From Malacoraja senta (taxonomy: Eukaryota), in contig JAXLNO010000250.1 in the NCBI GenBank assembly GCA_038087875.1, forward strand, positions 1 to 49,903: a DNA stretch of 49,903 nucleotides, in the 5' to 3' direction. The translations under genes and the position numbers were made by a program. The notes beneath the pieces were generated by a model that saw nothing but the letters and a program-made list of their open reading frames with translations, was not told where the DNA came from and did no database searches. This document shows, piece by piece, positions 23,215 through 37,003 of this stretch. How positions within the stretch are numbered: position 1 is the stretch's first letter; each line of letters begins with the position of its first letter.

Positions 23215-23662
23215 GCACACATTCCCCACCCTGTTTAGGACTGTGTGTGTGTGTGTGTGTGACTGTGTGTTTTCACTCACCACACCGGAATGCTCCCTTC
23301 ATTGCCTGTCTGCCTGTGAGAGAGATCCACGATCGGGTATCCAAGCTCCTTTATTCCTCCTTCCTCCATTCGAGATCTGTAGACAATTAAAAATTGGAAG
23401 ATTTGTCACCAAAAAGTGGGGGGAAAAGGCCAAAATGCTCTCTCTCTCTCTGTGCCAATTTGTACTTTCATCCTCTGTAAGTATTAAACTTTGCTGAACT
23501 CAGCACAGTATGTTTTTCCCCCTTCAATGCCTGCCTCTCTCTCTCTCTCTCTCTCTCTCTCCCTGTCTGTAGGTCCAGGTCAGAGAGACGTTGCTGTGTG
23601 ATGTGTGGAGAAAATGTGAACAATGTTCAAATCTCAACTCTCCCCTTTCCCTCCCTCCCTCC

Positions 23663-23699
<37 letters not shown>

Positions 23700-24526
23700 G
23701 TTTTGAGCAGTATTTCTCCATCTGTATCTATCTATCTCTCGATCGATCAATCAATCAATCAATCAATCTTTGATTAATATATATTACAATAATATAATAG
23801 ATATCTTTTTGGATAGATATTGGGATATTTCACTCCCCTGGCTACCACTGTAGCCTCTCTCTACCCTCTCTCTACTCTCTCTCTCTCTCTCACTCACCAC
23901 ACCTTCAGAGTCCACCTGCACAACCTTTGTCCGTCTGAGGAGGAGGAGAAGAGTGTTTGGACTTCAAAACGGGGTTTGCTGTGAGATTTGGTCAAATGGG
24001 AAAAGCTCTCTGGGACAGAGAGACAGACAGACAGACAGGCTCCGACAGATGCCTGGGAATCTGGAAGTTAGATGCAATTTGCATGCAGAGAATGGGAAGC
24101 CTTGCAAATACTGTCAAATGCATAGAACGGATTGGATGTGTGCAAAAAGCTGGACATTCACCTTGTAAATAGGTTGAAAGTAATGTTGCAGAGTGTGACT
24201 CTGCTAAGTGTTAATTGGATGGGGCGGTTGAGCCTTGTGTGTGGGTTCTGTTCATCAGGGTAAATGTTTCCAAATCGACTTGCTCTTCGAGTCGCTTGTG
24301 AATAGGATGAAATTGAATTGTTGTTTCACTGGGTTAGGGAAATGCATGTTATGTATGGGGTTAATGGCTATTGGACTTCAAAACGGGTTTTGCTGTGAGA
24401 TTTGGTCAAATTGGAAAAGCTCTGTGGGACAGACAGACAGACAGACAGGCTGGTTCGGCCCTCGATTTCAAGGGGCATATCAAAGTCCCTGGTCACTAGG
24501 CTCAGGGTGTGTGTGTGTGTGTGTGT

Positions 24527-24593
<67 letters not shown>

Positions 24594-24598
24594 GGGTG

Positions 24599-24653
<55 letters not shown>

Positions 24654-25104
24654 GGACACATTCCCCACCCTGTTTAGGACTGTGTGTGTGTGTGTGTGTG
24701 ACTGTGTGTTTTCACTCACCACACCGGAATGCTCCCTTCATTGCCTGTCTGCCTGTGAGAGAGATCCACGATCGGGTATCCAAGCTCCTTTATTCCTCCT
24801 TCCTCCATTCGAGATCTGTAGACAATTAGAAATTGGAAGATTTGTCACCAAAAAGTGGGGGGAAAAGGCCAAAATGCTCTCTCTCTCTCTCTCTGTGCCA
24901 ATTTGTACTTTCATCCCCTGTAAGTATTAAACTTTGCTGAACTCAGCACAGTATGTTTTTCCCCCTTCAATGCCTGCCTCTCTCTCTCTCTCTCTCTCTC
25001 CCTGTCTGTAGGTTCCAGGTCAGAGAGACGTTGCTGTGTGATGTGTGGAGAAAATGTGAACAATGTTCAAATCTCAACACTCTCCCCTTTCCCTCCCTCC
25101 CTCC

Positions 25105-25135
<31 letters not shown>

Positions 25136-25960
25136 CTGTTTTGAGCAGTATTTCTCCATCTGTATCTATCTATCTCTCGATCGATCAATCAATCAATCAA
25201 TCTTTGATTAATATATATTACAATAATATAATAGATATCTTTTTGGATAGATATTGGGATATTTCACTCCCCTGGCTACCACTGTAGCCTCTCTCTACCC
25301 TCTCTCTACTCTCTCTCTCACTCACCACACCTTCAGAGTCCACCTGCACAACCTTTGTCCGTCTGAGGAGGAGGAGAAGAGTGTTTGGACTTCAAAACGG
25401 GGTTTGCTGTGAGATTTGGTCAAATGGGAAAAGCTCTCTGGGACAGAGAGACAGACAGACAGACAGGCTCCGACAGATGCCTGGGAATCTGGAAGTTAGA
25501 TGCAATTTGCATGCAGAGAATGGGAAGCCTTGCAAATACTGTCAAATGCATAGAACGGATTGGATGTGTGCAAAAAAGCTGGACATTCACCTTGTAAATA
25601 GGTTGAAAGTAATGTTGCAGAGTGTGACTCTGCTAAGTGTTAATTGGATGGGTGCGGTTGAGCCTTGTGTGTGGGTTCTGTTCATCAGGGTAAATGTTTC
25701 CAAGTGGACTTGCTCTTCGAGACGGTTGTGAATAATACGATGAAATTGAACTGTTGTTTCACTGGGTTAGGGAAATGCATGTTATGTATGGGGTTTAATG
25801 GCTATTGGACTTCAAAACGGGTTTTGCTGTGAGATTTGGTCAAATTGGAAAAGCTCTGTGGGACAGACAGACAGACAGACAGACAGGCTGGTTCGGCCCT
25901 CGATTTCAAGGGGCATATCAAAGTCCCTGGTCACTAGTCTCAGGGTGTGTGTGTGTGTGT

Positions 25961-26036
<76 letters not shown>

Positions 26037-26044
26037 TTAGGGTG

Positions 26045-26095
<51 letters not shown>

Positions 26096-26541
26096 GCACA
26101 CTTTCCCCACCCTGTTTAGGACTGTGTGTGTGTGTGTGTGACTGTGTGTTTTCACTCACCACACCGGAATGCTCCCTTCATTGCCTGTCTGCCTGTGAGA
26201 GAGATCCACGATCGGGTATCCAAGCTCCTTTATTCCTCCTTCCTCCATTCGAGATCTGTAGACAATTAAAAATTGGAAGATTTGTCACCAAAAAGTGGGG
26301 GGAAAAGGCCAAAATGCTCTCTCTCTCTCTGTGCCAATTTGTACTTTCATCCTCTGTAAGTATTAAACTTTGCTGAACTCAGCACAGTATGTTTTTCCCC
26401 CTTCAATGCCTGCCTCTCTCTCTCTCTCTCTCTCTCTCTCCCTGTCTGTAGGTCCAGGTCAGAGAGACGTTGCTGTGTGATGTGTGGAGAAAATGTGAAC
26501 AATGTTCAAATCTCAACTCTCCCCTTTCCCTCCCTCCCTCC

Positions 26542-26580
<39 letters not shown>

Positions 26581-27408
26581 GTTTTGAGCAGTATTTCTCC
26601 ATCTGTATCTATCTATCTCTCGATCGATCAATCAATCAATCAATCTTTGATTAATATATATTACAATAATATAATAGATATCTTTTTGGATAGATATTGG
26701 GATATTTCACTCCCCTGGCTACCACTGTAGCCTCTCTCTACCCTCTCTCTACTCTCTCTCTCTCTCTCACTCACCACACCTTCAGAGTCCACCTGCACAA
26801 CCTTTGTCCGTCTGAGGAGGAGGAGAAGAGTGTTTGGACTTCAAAACGGGGTTTGCTGTGAGATTTGGTCAAATGGGAAAAGCTCTCTGGGACAGAGAGA
26901 CAGACAGACAGACAGGCTCCGACAGATGCCTAGGAATCTGGAAGTTAGATGCAATTTGCATGCAGAGAATGGGAAGCCTTGCAAATACTGAATAATGCAT
27001 AGAACGGATTGGATGTGTGCAAAAAGCTGGACATTCACCTTGTAAATAGGTTGAAAGTAATGTTGCAGAGTGTGACTCTGCTAAGTGTTAATTGGATGGG
27101 GCGGTTGAGCCTTGTGTGTGGGTTCTGTTCATCAGGGTAAATGTTTCCAAGTGGACTTGCTCTTCGAGTCGCTTGTGAATAGGATGAAATTGAATTGTTG
27201 TATCGTTGGGTCAGGGAAATGCATGTTATGTATGGGGTTAATGGCTATTGGACTTCAAAACGGGTTTTGCTGTGAGATTTGGTCAAATTGGAAAAGCTCT
27301 GTGGGACAGACAGACAGACAGACAGGCTGGTTCGGCCCTCGATTTCAAGGGGCATATCAAAGTCCCTGGTCACTAGGCTCAGGGTGTGTGTGTGTGTGTG
27401 TGTGTGAC

Positions 27409-27466
<58 letters not shown>

Positions 27467-27471
27467 GGGTG

Positions 27472-27526
<55 letters not shown>

Positions 27527-27974
27527 GCACACATTCCCCACCCTGTTTAGGACTGTGTGTGTGTGTGTGTGACTGTGTGTTTTCACTCACCACACCGGAA
27601 TGCTCCCTTCATTGCCTGTCTGCCTGTGAGAGAGATCCACGATCGGGTATCCAAGCTCCTTTATTCCTCCTTCCTCCATTCGAGATCTGTAGACAATTAA
27701 AAATTGGAAGATTTGTCACCAAAAAGTGGGGGGAAAAGGCCAAAATGCTCTCTCTCTCTCTCTCTCTGTGCCAATTTGTACTTTCATCCTCTGTAAGTAT
27801 TAAACTTTGCTGAACTCAGCACAGTATGTTTTTCCCCCTTCAATGCCTGCCTCTCTCTCCCTCTCTCTCTCTCTCTCCCTGTCTGTAGGTCCAGGTCAGA
27901 GAGACGTTGCTGTGTGATGTGTGGAGAAAATGTGAACAATGTTCAAATCTCAACTCTCCCCTTTCCCTCCATCC

Positions 27975-28011
<37 letters not shown>

Positions 28012-28828
28012 GTTTTGAGCAGTATTTCTCCATCTGTATCTATCTATCTCTCGATCGATCAATCAATCAATCAATCTTTGATTAATATATATTACAATAA
28101 TATAATAGATATCTTTTTGGATAGATATTGGGATATTTCACTCCCCTGGCTACCACTGTAGCCTCTCTCTACCCTCTCTCTACTCTCTCTCTCACTCACC
28201 ACACCTTCAGAGTCCACCTGCACAACCTTTGTCCGTCTGAGGAGGAGGAGAAGAGTGTTTGGACTTCAAAACGGGGTTTGCTGTGAGATTTGGTCAAATG
28301 GGAAAAGCTCTCTGGGACAGAGAGACAGACAGACAGACAGGCTCCGACAGATGCCTGGGAATCTGGAAGTTAGATGCAATTTGCATGCAGAGAATGGGAA
28401 GCCTTGCAAATACTGTCAAATGCATAGAACGGATTGGATGTGTGCAAAAAGCTGGACATTCACCTTGTAAATAGGTTGAAAGTAATGTTGCAGAGTGTGA
28501 CTCTGCTAAGTGTTAATTGGATGGGGCGGTTGAGCCTTGTGTGTGGGTTCTGTTCATCAGGGTAAATGTTTCCAAATCGACTTGCTCTTCGAGTCGCTTG
28601 TGAATAGGATGAAATTGAATTGTTGTTTCACTGGGTTAGGGAAATGCATGTTATGTATGGGGTTAATGGCTATTGGACTTCAAAACGGGTTTTGCTGTGA
28701 GATTTGGTCAAATTGGAAAAGCTCTGTGGGACAGACAGACAGACAGACAGGCTGGTTCGGCCCTCGATTTCAAGGGGCATATCAAAGTCCCTGGTCACTA
28801 GGCTCAGGGTGTGTGTGTGTGTGTGTGT

Positions 28829-28895
<67 letters not shown>

Positions 28896-28900
28896 GGGTG

Positions 28901-28955
<55 letters not shown>

Positions 28956-29406
28956 GGACACATTCCCCACCCTGTTTAGGACTGTGTGTGTGTGTGTGTG
29001 TGACTGTGTGTTTTCACTCACCACACCGGAATGCTCCCTTCATTGCCTGTCTGCCTGTGAGAGAGATCCACGATCGGGTATCCAAGCTCCTTTATTCCTC
29101 CTTCCTCCATTCGAGATCTGTAGACAATTAGAAATTGGAAGATTTGTCACCAAAAAGTGGGGGGAAAAGGCCAAAATGCTCTCTCTCTCTCTCTCTGTGC
29201 CAATTTGTACTTTCATCCCCTGTAAGTATTAAACTTTGCTGAACTCAGCACAGTATGTTTTTCCCCCTTCAATGCCTGCCTCTCTCTCTCTCTCTCTCTC
29301 TCCCTGTCTGTAGGTTCCAGGTCAGAGAGACGTTGCTGTGTGATGTGTGGAGAAAATGTGAACAATGTTCAAATCTCAACACTCTCCCCTTTCCCTCCCT
29401 CCCTCC

Positions 29407-29437
<31 letters not shown>

Positions 29438-30262
29438 CTGTTTTGAGCAGTATTTCTCCATCTGTATCTATCTATCTCTCGATCGATCAATCAATCAATC
29501 AATCTTTGATTAATATATATTACAATAATATAATAGATATCTTTTTGGATAGATATTGGGATATTTCACTCCCCTGGCTACCACTGTAGCCTCTCTCTAC
29601 CCTCTCTCTACTCTCTCTCTCACTCACCACACCTTCAGAGTCCACCTGCACAACCTTTGTCCGTCTGAGGAGGAGGAGAAGAGTGTTTGGACTTCAAAAC
29701 GGGGTTTGCTGTGAGATTTGGTCAAATGGGAAAAGCTCTCTGGGACAGAGAGACAGACAGACAGACAGGCTCCGACAGATGCCTGGGAATCTGGAAGTTA
29801 GATGCAATTTGCATGCAGAGAATGGGAAGCCTTGCAAATACTGTCAAATGCATAGAACGGATTGGATGTGTGCAAAAAAGCTGGACATTCACCTTGTAAA
29901 TAGGTTGAAAGTAATGTTGCAGAGTGTGACTCTGCTAAGTGTTAATTGGATGGGTGCGGTTGAGCCTTGTGTGTGGGTTCTGTTCATCAGGGTAAATGTT
30001 TCCAAGTGGACTTGCTCTTCGAGACGGTTGTGAATAATACGATGAAATTGAACTGTTGTTTCACTGGGTTAGGGAAATGCATGTTATGTATGGGGTTTAA
30101 TGGCTATTGGACTTCAAAACGGGTTTTGCTGTGAGATTTGGTCAAATTGGAAAAGCTCTGTGGGACAGACAGACAGACAGACAGACAGGCTGGTTCGGCC
30201 CTCGATTTCAAGGGGCATATCAAAGTCCCTGGTCACTAGTCTCAGGGTGTGTGTGTGTGTGT

Positions 30263-30336
<74 letters not shown>

Positions 30337-30344
30337 TTAGGGTG

Positions 30345-30395
<51 letters not shown>

Positions 30396-30843
30396 GCACA
30401 CTTTCCCCACCCTGTTTAGGACTGTGTGTGTGTGTGTGTGACTGTGTGTTTTCACTCACCACACCGGAATGCTCCCTTCATTGCCTGTCTGCCTGTGAGA
30501 GAGATCCACGATCGGGTATCCAAGCTCCTTTATTCCTCCTTCCTCCATTCGAGATCTGTAGACAATTAAAAATTGGAAGATTTGTCACCAAAAAGTGGGG
30601 GGAAAAGGCCAAAATGCTCTCTCTCTCTCTCTCTCTGTGCCAATTTGTACTTTCATCCTCTGTAAGTATTAAACTTTGCTGAACTCAGCACAGTATGTTT
30701 TTCCCCCTTCAATGCCTGCCTCTCTCTCTCTCTCTCTCTCTCTCTCCCTGTCTGTAGGTCCAGGTCAGAGAGACGTTGCTGTGTGATGTGTGGAGAAAAT
30801 GTGAACAATGTTCAAATCTCAACTCTCCCCTTTCCCTCCATCC

Positions 30844-30880
<37 letters not shown>

Positions 30881-31695
30881 GTTTTGAGCAGTATTTCTCC
30901 ATCTGTATCTATCTATCTCTCGATCGATCAATCAATCAATCAATCTTTGATTAATATATATTACAATAATATAATAGATATCTTTTTGGATAGATATTGG
31001 GATATTTCACTCCCCTGGCTACCACTGTAGCCTCTCTCTACCCTCTCTCTACTCTCTCTCTCACTCACCACACCTTCAGAGTCCACCTGCACAACCTTTG
31101 TCCGTCTGAGGAGGAGGAGAAGAGTGTTTGGACTTCAAAACGGGGTTTGCTGTGAGATTTGGTCAAATGGGAAAAGCTCTCTGGGACAGAGAGACAGACA
31201 GACAGACAGGCTCCGACAGATGCCTGGGAATCTGGAAGTTAGATGCAATTTGCATGCAGAGAATGGGAAGCCTTGCAAATACTGTCAAATGCATAGAACG
31301 GATTGGATGTGTGCAAAAAGCTGGACATTCACCTTGTAAATAGGTTGAAAGTAATGTTGCAGAGTGTGACTCTGCTAAGTGTTAATTGGATGGGTGCGGT
31401 TGAGCCTTGTGTGTGGGTTCTGTTCATCAGGGTAAATGTTTCCAAATCGACTTGCTCTTCGAGACGCTTGTGAATAGGATGAAATTGAATTGTTGTTTCA
31501 CTGGGTTAGGGAAATGCATGTTATGTATGGGGTTTAATGGCTATTGGACTTCAAAACGGGTTTTGCTGTGAGATTTGGTCAAATTGGAAAAGCTCTGTGG
31601 GACAGACAGACAGACAGACAGGCTGGTTCGGCCCTCGATTTCAAGGGGCATATCAAAGTCCCTGGTCACTAGTCTCAGGGTGTGTGTGTGTGTGT

Positions 31696-31769
<74 letters not shown>

Positions 31770-31777
31770 TTAGGGTG

Positions 31778-31828
<51 letters not shown>

Positions 31829-32272
31829 GCACACTTTCCCCACCCTGTTTAGGACTGTGTGTGTGTGTGTGTGACTGTGTGTTTTCACTCACCACACCGG
31901 AATGCTCCCTTCATTGCCTGTCTGCCTGTGAGAGAGATCCACGATCGGGTATCCAAGCTCCTTTATTCCTCCTTCCTCCATTCGAGATCTGTAGACAATT
32001 AAAAATTGGAAGATTTGTCACCAAAAAGTGGGGGGAAAAGGCCAAAATGCTCTCTCTCTCTCTGTGCCAATTTGTACTTTCATCCTCTGTAAGTATTAAA
32101 CTTTGCTGAACTCAGCACAGTATGTTTTTCCCCCTTCAATGCCTGCCTCTCTCTCTCTCTCTCTCTCTCCCTGTCTGTAGGTCCAGGTCAGAGAGACGTT
32201 GCTGTGTGATGTGTGGAGAAAATGTGAACAATGTTCAAATCTCAACACTCTCCCCTTTCCCTCCCTCCCTCC

Positions 32273-32303
<31 letters not shown>

Positions 32304-33126
32304 CTGTTTTGAGCAGTATTTCTCCATCTGTATCTATCTATCTCTCGATCGATCAATCAATCAATCAATCTTTGATTAATATATATTACAATAATATAAT
32401 AGATATCTTTTTGGATAGATATTGGGATATTTCACTCCCCTGGCTACCACTGTAGCCTCTCTCTACCCTCTCTCTACTCTCTCTCTCTCTCACTCACCAC
32501 ACCTTCAGAGTCCACCTGCACAACCTTTGTCCGTCTGAGGAGGAGGAGAAGAGTGTTTGGACTTCAAAACGGGGTTTGCTGTGAGATTTGGTCAAATGGG
32601 AAAAGCTCTCTGGGACAGAGAGACAGACAGACAGACAGGCTCCGACAGATGCCTGGGAATCTGGAAGTTAGATGCAATTTGCATGCAGAGAATGGGAAGC
32701 CTTGCAAATACTGTCAAATGCATAGAACGGATTGGATGTGTGCAAAAAGCTGGACATTCACCTTGTAAATAGGTTGAAAGTAATGTTGCAGAGTGTGACT
32801 CTGCTAAGTGTTAATTGGATGGGGCGGTTGAGCCTTGTGTGTGGGTTCTGTTCATCAGGGTAAATGTTTCCAAATCGACTTGCTCTTCGAATCGCTTGTG
32901 AATAGGATGAAATTGAATTGTTGTTTCACTGGGTTAGGGAAATGCATGTTATGTATGGGGTTAATGGCTATTGGACTTCAAAACGGGTTTTGCTGTGAGA
33001 TTTGGTCAAATTGGAAAAGCTCTGTGGGACAGACAGACAGACAGACAGGCTGGTTCGGCCCTCGATTTCAAGGGGCATATCAAAGTCCCTGGTCACTAGG
33101 CTCAGGGTGTGTGTGTGTGTGTGTGT

Positions 33127-33193
<67 letters not shown>

Positions 33194-33198
33194 GGGTG

Positions 33199-33253
<55 letters not shown>

Positions 33254-33578
33254 GGACACATTCCCCACCCTGTTTAGGACTGTGTGTGTGTGTGTGTGTG
33301 ACTGTGTGTTTTCACTCACCACACCGGAATGCTCCCTTCATTGCCTGTCTGCCTGTGAGAGAGATCCACGATCGGGTATCCAAGCTCCTTTATTCCTCCT
33401 TCCTCCATTCGAGATCTGTAGACAATTAGAAATTGGAAGATTTGTCACCAAAAAGTGGGGGGAAAAGGCCAAAATGCTCTCTCTCTCTCTCTCTCTGTGC
33501 CAATTTGTACTTTCATCCCCTGTAAGTATTAAACTTTGCTGAACTCAGCACAGTATGTTTTTCCCCCTTCAATGCCTG

Positions 33579-33615
<37 letters not shown>

Positions 33616-33716
33616 GTCTGTAGGTTCCAGGTCAGAGAGACGTTGCTGTGTGATGTGTGGAGAAAATGTGAACAATGTTCAAATCTCAACACTCTCCCCT
33701 TTCCCTCCCTCCCTCC

Positions 33717-33747
<31 letters not shown>

Positions 33748-34549
33748 CTGTTTTGAGCAGTATTTCTCCATCTGTATCTATCTATCTCTCGATCGATCAA
33801 TCAATCAATCAATCTTTGATTAATATATATTACAATAATATAATAGATATCTTTTTGGATAGATATTGGGATATTTCACTCCCCTGGCTACCACTGTAGC
33901 CTCTCTCTACCCTCTCTCTACTCTCTCTCTCACTCACCACACCTTCAGAGTCCACCTGCACAACCTTTGTCCGTCTGAGGAGGAGGAGAAGAGTGTTTGG
34001 ACTTCAAAACGGGGTTTGCTGTGAGATTTGGTCAAATGGGAAAAGCTCTCTGGGACAGAGAGACAGACAGACAGACAGGCTCCGACAGATGCCTGGGAAT
34101 CTGGAAGTTAGATGCAATTTGCATGCAGAGAATGGGAAGCCTTGCAAATACTGTCAAATGCATAGAACGGATTGGATGTGTGCAAAAAAGCTGGACATTC
34201 ACCTTGTAAATAGGTTGAAAGTAATGTTGCAGAGTGTGACTCTGCTAAGTGTTAATTGGATGGGTGCGGTTGAGCCTTGTGTGTGGGTTCTGTTCATCAG
34301 GGTAAATGTTTCCAAATCGACTTGCTCTTCGAGTCGCTTGTGAATAGGATGAAATTGAACTGTTGTTTCACTGGGTCAGGGAAATGCATGTTATGTATGG
34401 GGTTAATGGCTATTGGACTTCAAAACGGGTTTTGCTGTGAGATTTGGTCAAATTGGAAAAGCTCTGTGGGACAGACAGACAGACAAACAGACAGGCTGGT
34501 TCGGCCCTCGATTTCAAGGGGCATATCAAAGTCCCTGGTCACTAGGCTC

Positions 34550-34633
<84 letters not shown>

Positions 34634-34638
34634 GGGTG

Positions 34639-34701
<63 letters not shown>

Positions 34702-35153
34702 GCCTGCACACATTCCCCACCCTGTTTAGGACTGTGTGTGTGTGTGTGTGACTGTGTGTTTTCACTCACCACACCGGAATGCTCCCTTCATTGCCTGTCT
34801 GCCTGTGAGAGAGATCCACGATCGGGTATCCAAGCTCCTTTATTCCTCCTTCCTCCATTCGAGATCTGTAGACAATTAGAAATTGGAAGATTTGTCACCA
34901 AAAAGTGGGGGGAAAAGGCCAAAATGCTCTCTCTCTCTCTGTGCCAATTTGTACTTTCATCCTCTGTAAGTATTAAACTTTGCTGAACTCAGCACAGTAT
35001 GTTTTTCCCCCTTCAATGCCTGCCTCTCTCTCTCTCTCTCTCTCTCTCTCCCTGTCTGTAGGTCCAGGTCAGAGAGACGTTGCTGTGTGATGTGTGGAGA
35101 AAATGTGAACAATGTTCAAATCTCAACACTCTCCCCTTTCCCTCCCTCCCTCC

Positions 35154-35184
<31 letters not shown>

Positions 35185-35882
35185 CTGTTTTGAGCAGTAT
35201 TTCTCCATCTGTATCTATCTATCTCTCGATCGATCAATCAATCAATCAATCTTTGATTAATATATATTACAATAATATAATAGATATCTTTTTGGATAGA
35301 TATTGGGATATTTCACTCCCCTGGCTACCACTGTAGCCTCTCTCTACCCTCTCTCTACTCTCTCTCTCTCACTCACCACACCTTCAGAGTCCACCTGCAC
35401 AACCTTTGTCCGTCTGAGGAGGAGGAGAAGAGTGTTTGGACTTCAAAACGGGGTTTGCTGTGAGATTTGGTCAAATGGGAAAAGCTCTCTGGGACAGAGA
35501 GACAGACAGACAGACAGGCTCCGACAGATGCCTAGGAATCTGGAAGTTAGATGCAATTTGCATGCAGAGAATGGGAAGCCTTGCAAATACTGAATAATGC
35601 ATAGAACGGATTGGATGTGTGCAAAAAGCTGGACATTCACCTTGTAAATAGGTTGAAAGTAATGTTGCAGAGTGTGACTCTGCTAAGTGTTAATTGGATG
35701 GGGCGGTTGAGCCTTGTGTGTGGGTTCTGTTCATCAGGGTAAATGTTTCCAAATCGACTTGCTCTTCGAGTCGCTTGTGAATAGGATGAAATTGAATTGT
35801 TGTTTCACTGGGTTAGGGAAATGCATGTTATGTATGGGGTTAATGGCTATTGGACTTCAAAACGGGTTTTGCTGTGAGATTT
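17594..35882. repeat. Tandem array of ~1.43-kb monomers (12 full plus partial ends), middle block
   Basis: Monomer starts at ~17797, 19237, 20671, 22107, 23519, 24962, 26398, 27835, 29264, 30704, 32131, 33564 and 35007. Confidence 0.98.
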
Positions 35883-35954
35883 ATATTTTTACATTTTTTT
35901 CACGACCCACATGGACCTTGCACGGTTCTCCAGCCTCCCGGACCATCTTTCACC

Positions 35955-36033
<79 letters not shown>

Positions 36034-36761
36034 CAACAACACTCACTACTTTCCACTAACCTCTATCTATCAGCCGATACAAGATTCCTTGACCCTACCT
36101 CCCATTCTGCATGTCTCCGACTCTCCGTGTGTGTCCGTGTGTCCCCAACTCTCCAGCCTGCGACTGCTCGCTTCCACCGCCGCCCAAACACTGAATCACT
36201 TTCCCTCCTCAAAACGTTACAAACCCCACCGACCCACCCACCTCCCCTCGCTTCCCATTGGGGACAAAGGCAGGAAGGAAGGAAGCAGCAAGATTTGGCA
36301 ACATTTATTTGCAACATTTATTTGATAAATTATTTGATAATTCTTTTTAAATTATTGCTATGCAAAAATGCATTTAACATCCCAAGGGGTTTACAATATT
36401 ACTTTCATGCAACGCCCTCCCTCCCTGCATTTAACATTGCAGGTGTGTGTGTGTGTATGTGGGCAAAATTATTCCAATGGAATGCATCTATTTGATGTCA
36501 CATTTCTATTGAGAGCTTTTGCAAGATTTTTGATAGATTATTGCAATGCAATGCATTTTACATTCCAAAGGGGTTGGTTGCAATATGAAAGAATATGAAG
36601 AAAAGAGGGATTTCTTCAAAGAGAAGGGAATCTGTTTTGGATGTTTTTGAAAAAAGGACATATGGTGGGGGGTGAGAGACTGTAAGTCCTATCATTTGTT
36701 ATAAGTGCAGGCTTCCACTACCTTTTCCACAGAAAACCTGACGACAAGGCTGATGCCCAGC

Positions 36762-36792
<31 letters not shown>

Positions 36793-36943
36793 GGAGAAGA
36801 GACTAAGATTCAATTATATACCATGACTAAAGATAAAGACATCAGGAGTCATGGAGATATCCAGTCTGGATGGATGAAGATCATTTTATACCAATATCTA
36901 TCTCAAGTGCTTACACATGGAACCATGTCTGTCTGTCTGTCTG

Positions 36944-37003
<60 letters not shown>

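Larger units (their letters stand above)
17145..36192 (-). ncRNA. Candidate multi-exon repeat lncRNA (exon 1, then alternating 37-nt and 96-nt exons across the array, then a terminal exon)
   Basis: Minus-strand CCAAT, CACCC and Inr-like motifs near 36190-36260, and a GTGAGT donor at 36041-36046. Each monomer has two polypyrimidine-CAG / GTGAGT bounded exons. A terminal acceptor lies at 17535-17537 and AATAAA at 17165-17170. All spliced frames close. Motif-based only. Confidence 0.5.
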
